From Antedon mediterranea (Eukaryota; Animalia; Echinodermata), in contig NC_092672.1 of NCBI RefSeq assembly GCF_964355755.1, positions 27,100,437 to 27,164,436 on the forward strand: DNA of 64,000 nucleotides, read 5' to 3'. Of this stretch, positions 1 to 15,983 are shown in pieces. A program made the position numbers and the translations under genes. The first letter of the stretch is position 1; each line of letters starts with the position of its first letter. The notes under the pieces are model-generated. The model did no database searches. It worked only from the letters and a program-made list of their open reading frames with translations, and was not told the origin of the DNA.

Positions 1-47
1 TTTTCATTGCTCGTTATTTGTTCTAGCAGTTCTAACCAGAATAGTAA

Positions 48-650
48 TTACCTCCGCCAAGGAGGTTATGTTTTCACCCTGTATGTTTGTGTGTGTGTTT
101 GTGTGTTTGTGTGTGTGTTTGTGTGTGTGTCTGTGAACAGCCTGGAGGCCACAGTTTTTATCCGATTCTAACCAAATTAGGACACAATGATCTATGCCCA
201 AAAAGCTCGAACGAGTTCGAATTTGAGGGGTAAAGGTCATAGGTCAAGGTTACAACTAACAAAAAACTATTTTACTGCCTAGAGACCACAGTTTTGATCC
301 GATTCTCACCAACCTTAGCCACAATGATCAATGACACATCATATAATTGTGGTTAAATTTTGAAGGGTCAGGGTCAAAAATCAAGGTCCACAAAAAAAAA
401 GAAAAAAGAAATAAAAAAATAATTAAAAAAAAAACCCTCAGTGGGACTTGAACCAGCGATCTCAACTGTGAGAGGCTGGACACATAACCATTACACCACA
501 CTGTCATCCACAACTTTGTAGTGTGCAGTTAACATATTTACACTTAGAACTAATAAAAAAAAATGTAAAAAAAAAAAATATTCAGGGGGCATTTTATGTA
601 GGGGAATTTTACAGTAGGCGGAGGTTTGTACTCTCGGAGTACCCTCTAGT
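48..650 (+). mobile_element. Helentron-associated non-autonomous element (HINE) with GT microsatellite and tRNA-like segment
   Basis: Absent from copy B, which reads aatagtaa-ttaggatat. 5' ttacctccgccaaggagg, subterminal IR ggcggaggt at 617-625, hairpin gtactctcggagtac, end ctagt, inserted at TT with no TSD. Confidence 0.8.
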
Positions 651-886
651 TAGGATATATAATTGTACTAAATACTCCAGTGGTTGAGGTTCAAACAACC
701 ACCTACCCTGTCTTTAATGGGTTCATTTTAATGCACATAGACAGATACCCATGGTATCAATGTGATCTAAAGGCATATTAGGATGAAAGCACAACTAGAT
801 GCTTATGATGAGTCTAAATTGATTCCCTATCATTGTGTCACCTCTCTCCTACTCTCTATTCAGACTGATGAATGAATATGTTCTAC

Positions 887-4182
<3,296 letters not shown>

Positions 4183-4342
4183 TTACCTAAACACAAAAAG
4201 TATGTTAAATCATCAAATCAATTTCTAAGATTTCTTGTAATAAATATATGCATATCTGTTTTTTAAAAAGGGGAAATAGGTTACGCCTACACACAGAAAT
4301 TATTTTTGTCACCACCATTTTTCCGCCTTATACACTATGGTG

Positions 4343-4543
4343 TTTTTAGTCCCGTGGACGCGACTCAATAGTTCACTATGTCGGTCGGTCGGTAGGTCTG
4401 TCTGTTGGTCCGGTATCACTATGCGTTTTATCGCTTTTCTGTACTTTGAACTGTTTTGATGTACAGAAAAGTTTTAAAGTACATTACTTTTTGAAAGTTC
4501 ATTTTTTTCTGAGAGCACGCGACTTATGGCTGTTGGCCTTGTT
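4343..4543 (+). mobile_element. Short HINE (Helentron-type)
   Basis: Absent from copy B. 5' ttttagtcccgtggacgcgact, (GTCG/GTCT)n microsatellite, 3' cacgcgact..ggc tgtt ggccttgtt, inserted in a T run. Confidence 0.7.
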
Positions 4544-4725
4544 TTCTATTGATTTTGAACGATGACAACATCTTTCTAATTTTTTTCAGTCTTTCATACA
4601 GTTATGTAGGCTAATCATTTTACAGTAATTTTTTTCTCATAAATGACCCTCTGTTCAGGGGGTACGATTTTTTAATTAACATGGTTTTCACAACTGTTTG
4701 TCATCTCTGATGAAGATGGCTTCTG

Positions 4726-5066
4726 TTGCACGAAAATCATCTATTCTTACAGTTAACGAAACCGTCACAAGCCCAGTGGAGATTGGTGCAGATAATGGCA
4801 GAGCAATTTTGGAAGAGATGGCAGATCCAATACTTAAATACACTTCAACTACGTCGCAAATGGAATGTACAGGAAAGAAACGTTAGAGATGGTGACATAG
4901 TGATGTTGCGGGATAAGAATGTCAAGCGTAACCAGTAGCCAATGTGGACAAGGTGTTTGAAGGAGCCGATGGTAGTGTTTGGCAAGTTAGTGTGCGTGTG
5001 TCAACCAATGGGAAGAGCTATTGCAGACCGATTCATGATCTTGTGATGCTCGTCGAATCTGATCAA
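4726..5066 (+). mobile_element. BEL/Pao LTR retrotransposon polyprotein C-terminal remnant (DUF5641-like)
   Basis: WRLVQIMAEQFWKRWQIQYLNTLQLRRKW....NVRDGDIVMLRD....RNQ*P, followed by degenerate ..GADG.V..V.V...RPIHDLV. Confidence 0.8.
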
Positions 5067-6809
5067 TAATATTTTATTTATTACCGTACCAGAAGTACCG
5101 CATTGACGCAAAAAAAAATTGTATTTAGTGTGTTTCTCTAAAAGAGGGCACCTTTAACATTTAGGGGAGGTGGGGGAGGGGGCCCGGACCTGGAACTTGA
5201 TAGACTTAGTCATAAAATAGGCTTAGTTACAGAGTTGCAGGGCATTTTATCATTGTTGAATGTTTTGATGTTAGCTTAATTGGTAAAGTTGGTAAAAGAA
5301 TTAATGTTGGCGCCAACGAATTTAACGACCTTCACAACCAATATACTTCTTTGTAATAAAATTTATTTTGAAAGGAATGCTACAAAAATAATCCTCCGCT
5401 TCATTTCTGCATGAATACCTAATAACCAGACAAGAACGTATCTTTGTTGCGTTTTACTATCAAACCATTTTCATATCACGCAATCCATTTTTCAACAATA
5501 TAGTATAATAATAACATTTTGATTGAATAGTGAGGAATTAGTTACAGTGTTGACATTGAATAAACCATTGATAATTTACTGAAAATCCAAAATGAACTTG
5601 TGTTATAATACAAACAAAATTATTCAATCAAAGAAACGCTCTACTGCACATGAGAAATATAATATATACTGTATATTCAACTTTAGTTGTCACAACAAAA
5701 TAAATAGATGTCAGTCGATAAACTTCTGACGACGACTAAAACAACGATAAATGTATTAATTTGTGATTTTATTTCATCTCTGGCTTGTTACATTTTTTTA
5801 AAATATCTAAATTAATTTCCGACATTTAAATAATACAATTTGCAAAATAAAATGAAAACCCCAAAACCACTTTATTTTCAAAAAGCACACATACTTCTTG
5901 GCACCTATGAAATAAATTGACAACAAAAATGTATTAGGTTTAATAAACATTCTTACATTATAAATGTTTGCTGAAAATATCATTAATATTCACTGTTGTG
6001 GTGACAATGTGCATGCCATAAATATCGCTGCTGTTTCTGGAATTGAAGACCGCCGATTCGGCTTTATATTAACATGTTAACACATATGGCGTGTCATACA
6101 TATGCAACAATAATTACAATTCTGGCGGCCGACATGAACGATACATATTTTTTCCTTTTTGGCGTTTCATGAATTTGGCAATTCCATATCCGGCGGCCGA
6201 AATGACTGGCGGCCGAAATGATCAGACACCACATGAACTTTGCGTCAACAAATTATCGACAAACGAAATATAGCCTATATTCATTCCTTTTAAATATTGG
6301 GCATAATGCCAAGGCTATTAATTGATTAGTCCATAATTATTGCGTTTTGCCGTGGGTTTTCCATAATCTAAGGCCATTTTTTAGGCCAAATCATAATTGT
6401 GCGTATAGTTTTGTATTTCCGATGCGTGTAGTACCCTATTTATCTTCACTTCCGTACATCCGTAAATATTAGGCCGAATTTCCGTAGTAATTTATGGAGT
6501 TCCGAAATTTGAAACCTGTTATACCGGTAGCAGAGCAAAGTTTGCTTCTTTCTGCAATATCCTATCATTACTTTGTTTTTTTTTTTTTTTGTAGTGTGGT
6601 TTAAACCACACATTTGTAAAGTTTTAGTGGATAAATAAAAATGAATTTTGGAAATTGTGGATTTAACATCTGACTTTATTTAGCATTTAATTCAAAATAA
6701 TACAATGTTTTTGCTCAATATTTATACAGCAGCTTCATATTTTTTGTATAACCTTTAAAAATTATTAATTGATAATTAATTTACATTAATTGAGTACAGT
6801 TATTAGAGG

Positions 6810-7032
6810 AGTTGGATAGCCGAGTGGTTAGGACACTTGACTGTCGTACAGATAGACAATGCCCGACAACTCCCAGTCCACTCAGCTGTAAAATGAGTAC
6901 CTGGTTGAAAATACTAGGGAGAAAAAAGGCGGCGTGGAAAGGAACTGGCCACCCTACCACATAATGCCGAGGCTTAGTTCAATGAGCTCCTAACAGCTCA
7001 TTCCCCTACGTTCAGAGAACACGGGACTCACC
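6810..7032 (+). mobile_element. tRNA-derived SINE with Nin/Deu-like central domain (B box deleted)
   Basis: A-box-like ggatagccgagtggtta; conserved core cagtccactcagctgtaaaatgagtacctgg. Confidence 0.6.
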
Positions 7033-7214
7033 CTATTAGAATGTATTACCGTACCAGAAGTACTTTCATCGAGGACTTCGACGTGACGTTTGTATTGAAC
7101 GAAAAAACATGTTATCCTATAATATTGTTAATGTTAGTCGTGTATGTTTTATTACCGGCGGAATAATATAGGCTACAATCATCTGTTTGCTAGCGCACTA
7201 TAGAGTGAACTGCA

Positions 7215-7345
7215 ATTTATCATGAATTGTACCCGCGAGAGTACCATTTGCGGCCATTTAGGGGTGTCATTTAACAATTTGCTTGTTCAAATACCCAGTG
7301 TCTACAGCCCTGAAGTCTCTTAAAATTGACCTGCGACCGCCCCTG
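7215..7345 (-). mobile_element. hAT-like MITE family remnant (related copies at 16678-16846 + and about 34030-34130 -)
   Basis: Shared sequence cagggcggtcgcag...gggctgtagacactg...caaattgttaaatgacacc...actctcgc..aattcatg occurs in three places; CAGGG terminus. Confidence 0.5.
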
Positions 7346-9100
7346 CTCTTTCAAAGAAGAATTAAATATATGCGTTAGGGGCTCTGCTATTTCGGGTGAA
7401 AATTCCTTGATGATAACTGGTGGAATTTCTCCAGGTGGAACTGATTTATTAATCTGCACTTTTAATAATTGTTGTTGGACTTAAACAATTCTGTGGCGGT
7501 TGACCCTCAGCTGGGAGGTATGTAGGCAATTCATCAAGTTTGAGAGGATCCAGTTCACGACAAATTTTTGCGAGGTGTTCATTAATTTGTTTAGAGGCAA
7601 CGCAATCTGGGATCGGTAAAGGGTTATCAAATGCAATTCTTGGTTTGTCTTTTTGCTTACCACAAATCTGCTTCACTTTGTCGTACCATTTACGGTAATT
7701 GCTCACCTCAAGCGTTCTTACTTTATAACGATAGTACTTCTCCTTTATTTCCCAAATTACCTTATTTCTAAGTGTTTTGTAACGTTCATGTTTTTTCTTT
7801 CTAAAAGCAGTTTGTCTATACCTGATCAGTTTCTTAATGTATGGAGTAATCCAAGGTCTATCGGTAGAATAAACTCGCAAATGTTTGGTAGCAAATAACT
7901 TGTTTTACGTGGTGGTGAGGGTATAGTTCATTATATTCACTTTATCATCTACATCTTTTATACTATAGACCTGCGACCAGTCAAATTTGGTAATCCAGTT
8001 TCCGAAACCTCTCATCGACGAATCAGTACAAGGCTTAAAAATCTTTGTAACCATTTTACCATTACACTTAATGGAGTTCAGAGGTTTCCAAATAATGACA
8101 TTGTGATGTGATGTGATGTGGGGCTTGAATTATAGGAGTCATATAACAATCTTTACGGACCGATATTATGAGATCAAGAATTTTGTCTCCTCTGGTTTTA
8201 TCTTTAACAACTTGGTGCAAATCAATGACATGTTTAATTAGAGGGGAGATATCAAAACTCTTGAAATCCCCAGCAATAATGACTTTTGCTAAATTTCTCC
8301 TTGAACGAATAGTGTCAATCGAATTTCTAAGATGGTTTAAGAGGTCACGTTGATGGTCTTTGTTTTGGCTAGGACTAAAATAAATGGTACACACATATAT
8401 TTCAGAAACTTCACGGAGAAGCTTATATGCTGTAATTTGACCCAAACACATTCTAGTTCGTCATCAGAAGGAATGCTGTTGTGGACGTATGTTGCTATAC
8501 CTCCTCCTCTGGTATTTGTGCGGCTCTTATAGAAAATATTATAGTCACTGACCTTGCAAATATAGTCTCCATTAAACCATGTTTCCGCAAGTGTACAAAC
8601 TTGAATGCTATTATGTTCCAGTGTTACCTGAAGGTCTTCCATTTTATTATAAATAGAACATGGATTTGTAAATAGAAAAGTGGAAAATTGGAATTTCGTC
8701 ACCTTATTATTAATCTTATTAATTAGCTAAGATTGAGTCTGGAATCAGGTTAGATTGATTGACGCTTCTTGATTTATTTAGTCTAACTGAACGGTTTGTA
8801 ATCAAAGTATCAATTGTTTTCCTCATTTTACGGCCACCGTGGCGTCCTCGGTGACGTCTACGGCTTTTAATGACACCTTTTCCTTGCCATATATCAGGTT
8901 CGTTTCCATTACGAAATATTCCATTTTCTATTAGAGTTTTACAGCAATAATCGTTCAGTATTTGACTCTCGCATGTAGAAGAAAGAAGTGAAATTTCATT
9001 TCGAGTATAGCAAATCATCGTTAGGGTTGAAATGACCGATTTATGTTAGGCCGACGCAAGTTCAAGTATGAGTGACAAGCACACCACCTGCAGGCGGCTC
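7346..9100 (-). mobile_element. CR1/L2-group LINE, degenerate 5' half of ORF2 (APE endonuclease, linker, start of RT)
   Basis: N.CSIYNK, LAETWF, RGGGIATYV, IIAGDF, TRGDKILDLII, PWITPYIKKLI, NKSVPPGEIP..IIKEF..EIAEPLTHIFNSSL, with several frameshifts; Arg-rich N-terminal extension at 8719-9018. Confidence 0.88.
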
Positions 9101-9510
9101 ACTACGCGTATTCCCAACACAACAGGGCTACCTAGGCGCATAGGTTCAAATTTTTATCCGGAGAGTAAACAAAACCTCGCACAAAATTAGATTATCCACA
9201 AAATAAAAAGCAAAACATCAAAATAAAACAAAGATTGGGTAATGCTTTGGGAATGAAACCGAGTTTTTTTTACCCCTTCTAATTACCAAATCTCTTCTCC
9301 ATACCTCAATCCTAATTACATACAAAACACAAATTAAGTTTGCTTAAATTTGACTCAAACAATTGGTTTCATTTTTTGACAAGTTTCACTTTCGGAAGTA
9401 ATTGATTCCCAGTGTGCTCATTCTAGTTGAGTACATACATTTGTATTAGAGAGGTAATCTCTCAACCTACCACTTTAAATTACTCTGTTCCGCAAGGATC
9501 TGTGTTAGGT

Positions 9511-11710
9511 GGGTGTCACGAAACCTCAGACCACGAAAGCTCAGACCCCCTAAGACCTAAGATCACGAAAGCTAAGACCCAACACCTAAGATTACAAATA
9601 CTAAGATATACTACAGCTTAAAAACAATACTTGTTTATCCATACATAATTTTAAACACAGTAGGTTTCATTTATTACCATAAATATAATTTAATACTACC
9701 GCAAAACATAGATAAACTCACACTATTTTCGCCCGTTGAGTAAATGTATATTTTTTCTTTACAACAAACAAACTTGACGGGTTGTTTGTTGGTATATATT
9801 TACTCCATTGTGTTGCTTCAGAGGATGTTTTTCTCACGCACCTGCCTTTCTTGTATTTTGACTCCAAATTTGTTGACTAACTTTATCCTGAACACCAAAC
9901 TTTAAAAAGGTGTCACGAAAGCTCAGACCACGAAAGCTCAGACCCCCTAAGACCTAAGATCACGAAAGCTAAGACCCAACACCTAAGATTACAAATATTT
10001 ATCTTTCGCACCTGCCTTGTATTTTAACTCCCAACATTTATTCTGAATACCACACCTTAGAATTGGCACTTTCATGAAAAAGAATCACATAAAAAGTAAC
10101 AAATACATTTTTAAATTGATGATTTTACAGACGTTTTTCTCGCACACAAAATGACTAGCCTACAGTACAGTAGGCCTACCTACCCCATGGGCCATGTTCA
10201 ATGTTTTTGTTTCTATGGAACGTCAAAAGAGCAAAAATTATATAGAGGGCTGAAAACTCTGTGGAATCCATCTACAGTGTGGATGGAACAATGTAAAATT
10301 AAAATTGTAATGATAATAGTATAATCATGCAAGTACGAAGAAATAAATACTGGCAAATAAATTTTAATTTAAAAATCATTATAAGTTTTTTTGTTTCGTT
10401 TTCTTTCTGTTTTTATACTTGTACTATTATTGTTGCTCTTTTGGCGCTCCATAGAAACAAAAACATTGAGCATGGGGAGCTCGAGGAGTTACATTGTCAT
10501 TACAGTATACAGTACAAAGAAACACATCTGTAAAATCATCAATTTAAAGGATTTATTTATTTGTTATTATGTGTTTCTCCTTCTGAAAGTACTTATAAGT
10601 CCTAATTTTAAAGTGTGGTGTTCAGGATAAAGTTAGTCAACAAATTTGGAGTCAAAATACAAGAAAGGCAGGTGCGTAAGAAAAACATCCTCTGAAGCAA
10701 CACAATGGAGTAAATATATACCAACAAACAACCCGTCAAGTTTGTTTGTTGTAAAGAAAAAATATACATTTACTCAACGGGCGAAAATAATGTGAGTTTA
10801 TCTATGTTTTGCGGTAGTATTAAATTATATTTATGGTAATAAATGAAACCTACTGTGTTTAAAATTATGTATAGATAAACAAGTATTGTTTTTAAGATGT
10901 AGTATATCTTAGTATTTGTAATCTTAGGTGTTGGGTCTTAGCTTTCGTGATCTTAGGTCTTAGGGGGTCTGAGCTTTCGTGGTCTGAGGTTTCGTGACAC
11001 CCCACTTTAAAATTAGGACTTATAAGTACTTTCAGAAGGAGAAACACATAATAACAAATAAATAAATCCTTTAAATTGATGATTTTACAGATGTGTTTCT
11101 TTGTACTGTATACTGTAATGATAATGTAACTCCTCGAGCTCCCCATGCTCAATGTTTTTGTTTCTATGGAGCGCCAAAAGAGCAACAATAATAGTACAAG
11201 TATAAAAACAGAAAGAAAACGAAACAAAAAAACTTATCATGATTTTTAAATTAAAATTTATTTGCCAGTATTTATTTCTTCGTACTTGCATGATTATACT
11301 ATTATCATTACAATTTTAATTTTACATTGTTCCATCCACACTGTAGATGGATTCCACAGAGTTTTCAGCCCTCTATATAATTTTTGCTCTTTTGACGTTC
11401 CATAGAAACAAAAACATTGAACATGGCCCATGGGGTAGGTAGGCCTACTGTACTGTAGGCTAGTCATTTTGTGTGCGAGAAAAACGTCTGTAAAATCATC
11501 AATTTAAAAATGTATTTGTTACTTTTTATGTGATTCTTTTTCATGAAAGTGCCAATTCTAAGGTGTGGTATTCAGAATAAATGTTGGGAGTTAAAATACA
11601 AGGCAGGTGCGAAAGATAAATATTTGTAATCTTAGGTGTTGGGTCTTAGCTTTCGTGATCTTAGGTCTTAGGGGGTCTGAGCTTTCGTGGTCTGAGCTTT
11701 CGTGACACCC
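9511..11710. mobile_element. MULE-like MITE (about 1.1 kb) containing a second copy of itself in inverted orientation (9908-11002)
   Basis: TIR gggtgtcacgaaa / tttcgtgacaccc. Outer 10-bp TSD tgtgttaggt / tgtgttgggt; inner 10-bp TSD aactttaaaa / cactttaaaa. Subterminal cacgaaagct(c/a)agac repeats. Confidence 0.88.
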
Positions 11711-12422
11711 TGTGTTGGGTCCACAATTGTTTACAATTTATGTATATCCTATTCGTGATATCTTTAAGAAATATAATCTTAGCTATCATGTTTACGCTGA
11801 TGACACTCAGATATATATATCGTTTAAACCTACCATGACACATAGTGAATTATCAATTGATTTGCTTGGAAAATGTATCTCTGAAATTCGTGTCTGGATG
11901 GCCAAAAACTTTTTAAACTTAATGATGATAAGACTGAGTACATTATATTTGGTTCGCAACAACAATTAGAGAAAATTCCATCTAGGAGGGTTTCCATTGG
12001 TACACAAGTTAGAAATCTTGGTGTAATTCTGGATTCTAATATGACAATGACGGCTCATATTTCTAAAATTACGTCTGCATCGTCATATCATTTAAGAAAT
12101 ATTCGAGGCATCAGAAAATACTTAAATCGTGCAGCTGCTGAGCAACTTGTACATGCATTTGTTAGTTCGCGTCTCGATATGTGGTCCTTGTTATTTGGTC
12201 TCCCACAAGATATGCACACATATCAAATACCTTGGGAACTTTGCATTGGCTTCCTGTTAGGTACCGCATTGTTTTTAAAATGTTACTCTATGTTTTTACG
12301 TCTATTACTGGCATGGCTCCTGAATATATTTCTGACATGCTTAGGCTGTATGTTCCCAGACGGAATCTGCGTTCTAGTGATACGCTGCTTCTACATCAAC
12401 CCAAGTCTCACCACTCATGGGG

Positions 12423-15102
12423 CAGTCGGAAAGTCGCGTTGGTAACGCATCACTGATTTCATTCATTGTGAGGGCGCGCTTCGTGGAAAATGTTGGAATT
12501 TTTGCTATTTTAGTACACTTTGAAAATTGTATAATTTTGATATTAGATGAAATCAATAAACGTATTTCAATAGTTGAACTGCAAGCGTAAATAATGATAA
12601 AAACTGTGATCTAAATTCCACAGTTTTTTTGTTTCAAGAAATATCATTATTTTGTGTATAAACTTTTTTATTTATATTTTTTTTTAAATGATGGTAAAAA
12701 ATCATTAAATTTCATATTTTCTAGATAAGGTTTCAAAGCGAATTTAAAATCCTTTCAAGATAAACTATTAAGCTATCTATTAAAATAAAAATCTAATTTT
12801 AAGCTTTCTTGGGATGCAACTCCCACTAATCAAACCAAACCTACTACATTTCTGTTCAGTTACGATCGAAAAACCGCCATTTTGAAACTTTGTTTACGTT
12901 TTACGAAGCTGGTACGAATCGACCCGGACCGAATCGTGTCCCTGTTTAATCCAGTTGTTCATGCAGGCGTACTGCGTCACAGGCCTAAGGTTTCAATCTG
13001 CTGCCCGATTATTGTTCTATTTGGTTTCTGAGCTAGGAAAGGCCTACTTAGACTAGCTACTATAATTACTTACTTAACTTCTAGCCTAGCTAGGCCTAAA
13101 AATAGTATTTTCTAGGCCTAGTTAGGCTAGGTAATTCTGATTAGTTTGTGTTATAGTAGTAGGGCCTATAGTAGCTGGAGTAGAAGTAGACATAATCTGG
13201 GTATTCCATAATCTAGGCTGGTAGGTCTATCCCAGCTCATATACCAAGCAAGAAGAAGCCTGAAGAAGAACCTAGGCCCAGAAAAAATTACAAAAACTGT
13301 TAAAAAACAATAAATTGAAAAACAAAGTGCCAAAAGATAACCCATTTTTAATTTATATATAAATATGGTGGGGAATGTTATTTATAAAATCAGGCATCTT
13401 TTGTTTGAGAGACTCAACCATGTATTTTTATATGGTCATGTTTTAAAAAAAGATAATTATTAGCCCATCATTTACTTGAGTATTGTTAATTGGTTGGTAC
13501 TTATAAGTATATCAATATCTGGCAGTAAATGTCACACTTGTATACAGAAATATTCTATTACTTTATTAGATACAAATTACATTTCACACAAGCAATACAT
13601 TTTTTCTTTTTATGTATACATATACAGAATGTGAAAAAATACAACCTTTCAAACAATTACTGATACAAATAGTAAATACTACTGTATATAAAAACTTCTA
13701 ATAGCACCTTGTTCATCAGACATAACAAACTAGCTAGGCCTAATACTGTAAATATAAAATATGCCACCATATGTACTTTTTGAGATATCATTTTTACTTG
13801 ACGTCTTACTGTTGTACTGATTTTATGATTGTTTTATGTTTATATTGTATGCATCTGTGAGACTCTGGTTAATAAAGTAAATCAATCAATCAATTGCAAC
13901 TTAATTTATATCTTTATAAAAATTTACTGATCTGAAACACTTCTACAACTTAAATGAATATAAATTTATATGTTATATTAGCGAATAAAATGAAAAACTA
14001 TCAGCAATGATATTGAAATCGAGAAAACCACTTTACAGCTTCCACCGTCCAACCTCATATTGAAGAACGAGATAGAAAATCTTGATACCAACAAAAAACC
14101 TGAAATGAAAATGAATAGCTGAAATGTAAAGAACTATTTAAATAATTGTCACTATGACGAAAACATTTTCTTAAATACTGTATAATTATATAATTATTCC
14201 ACAACCTGAAAACATATTCAGATAAAATATGACTGTACTGTAGGCCTACCATAAAAAAGCACTAAACACAAAACTTATTGTATAATTATTAATACAGTAA
14301 ATAAATTGTACCCATCAGTTGCCAATAATGAGGATATTTAACTATATGTCAGGCTGCGATTGGCTTAATTATCTTTTTAAAACCTTCCCAACGCATCTTC
14401 AATATAGAGTAGGATTAACGAATCTTTAATAATACTAAATTGTAACTAAAGTATTTTAATTATCAACATGTTACTAAGGCTAAGCCTAGGCCGATATTAC
14501 GACAACGATCCACCAGGTCGTGCACACACCCACACCTGCAACAACCACAATCAACACACCATGCACCACACACGACGGAACTAGTGCCGCGAGACGTAAC
14601 AATTATGTGAAATGAGGACCTTTTTTAAAATGTTCGCTGTAGGAAGCTTAAATAGGGTTTCAAGCCAATTTTAACGTAAAACAGACTATTGATACTTACT
14701 CTATCCATATACGCCGATTTTTTGGTAATTCACTGTATGGGATGCAAATCCCACTAATGGAAAATTTGTAAACAAACACAAGTTAGAAAACTTCAGCTTT
14801 GACGGCTGCACACGAACTTTGGAAAGAAACTGTCACTGACAACAAATCCAACAGATTATTCCGAAAATTAGGTGACCTGCGACATCTTAAACATATAAGG
14901 AACTGATCTTACCATATATGGTTAATTTTTCGCCTATTAATGTTTATTAAACAGCTATAAAATGACGTATACTTTATGCTAATGTTTTCGCGCGAAACGT
15001 TGATGCCTCTGTGCCGAGAGAGGGCTTCTAAAATTAATGACGTCATGCGAAGTCGAAAATTTCGCGATAACGGTCATATTTCCCAACGCGGCTCTCCGAC
15101 TG
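12423..15102. mobile_element. Non-autonomous DNA transposon, Academ-like (CAG..CTG ends, 3-bp TSD GGG)
   Basis: TIR cagtcggaaagtcgcgttgg / ccaacgcggctctccgactg. It interrupts the L2 frame at S-W-G|D-R, and removing it together with one GGG restores tca tgg gga gat aga. Confidence 0.75.
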
Positions 15103-15409
15103 GGGAGATAGAGCTTTCACCGTTACTGCTCCTCGTCTATGGAATGCTCTACCGAGCTATATCAGATTTTGCAAAACTGTTGATACTTTTAAAAAATTAT
15201 TAAAAACACATTTATTCATTAAGGCATATAGAAATCATGAGGTTTCTTAAAGTTCTAGAATTTTATAGTATACTTTTTCCTGACCAGCATTATCTTTGGG
15301 GTGCCTCTGTCTTGGTTGTTGTCTCTCTTTTTTTTTTTTTTTAATGCGCCTTGAGCACTCTTGAGTGGTATGTGCGCTATAAAAATCCTGTTATTATTAT
15401 TATTATTAC

Positions 15410-15983
15410 ATCACCGTGTCTATTTATTCGTTCCTGTAAACGACATGTATAATTGTCCTATGGTACGTATTTGAAAACGCCAGTTATTTAACGCTGAAAT
15501 TACTATGTATTCGAGAACCATCCGGTGGGCACGACCTAGATGGTACCATCTAGTCATAATAATGTAATAAAGGACCAAATTGTGCTTAAATAAATTTGGG
15601 TTAGGTGGTACGCTCGCATCGCTTCAACATTATGATGCATGCACTCGAGCTGTTCACCCGGTTTTCAGCTATTAAAAACAATTGTCGTAGAAGGAGATAG
15701 GTATATGGGAAGCATCGTTGTATTATTATGTGCGGGTATTTTTCAAGCCTAGATAGACATTCATTAGACAGTCTATACCACGATCGGAAAACACCCCTAT
15801 TTGGGGCAAATTGTTGAACCTAAATTCGTTTTAATTGTCAAATTATTTTAACTCAATTTAATTTACATCCAATTTTAGTTACATCAGGTAGTCAGCCGAA
15901 CACTTTATATACCCTCTGGTAAACATTCTAGAAGTAACGCGCAATTTTACAGAATTTTGCCTTTTCGTAAATTTATATATTGA
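15410..15983. mobile_element. Rearranged Helitron fragments (3' end on +, 5' part on -) of the family at 18879-22604
   Basis: 15410-15553 matches the 3' end ...ccatctagt; 15625-15983 is the reverse complement of the 5' region tctatatataaatttacgtaagggc. Confidence 0.65.

Larger units (their letters stand above)
9430..15408 (+). mobile_element. L2-type LINE (RT to 3' tail) split by two DNA-transposon insertions
   Basis: VPQGSVLG (9487-9510) resumes as VLGPQLF..YADDTQIY at 11711; LHWLPVRYRIVFK; HSWG resumes as DRAFTVTAPRLWNALP..LKTHLF at 15103; tail gcgccttgagc..gcgctataaaaat..(TTA)n. Confidence 0.9.

Noticed and set aside
435-505. Possible tRNA genes (also 24576-24652, 6810-6850, 61725-61798)
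   Set aside because: A/B boxes are present but there is no properly paired acceptor stem, and they are embedded in HINE/SINE elements.
6120-6230. ggcggccgaaatga repeats ending in gacacc, resembling one end of a MULE-like element
   Set aside because: No matching opposite end or TSD was found in the window.
10327-11291. Duplicated ORFs with a signal-peptide-like start (MFRFLSVFILVLLLLLFW)
   Set aside because: They lie in the AT-rich interior of the self-nested MITE, start at non-ATG codons, and are duplicated only because the MITE is.
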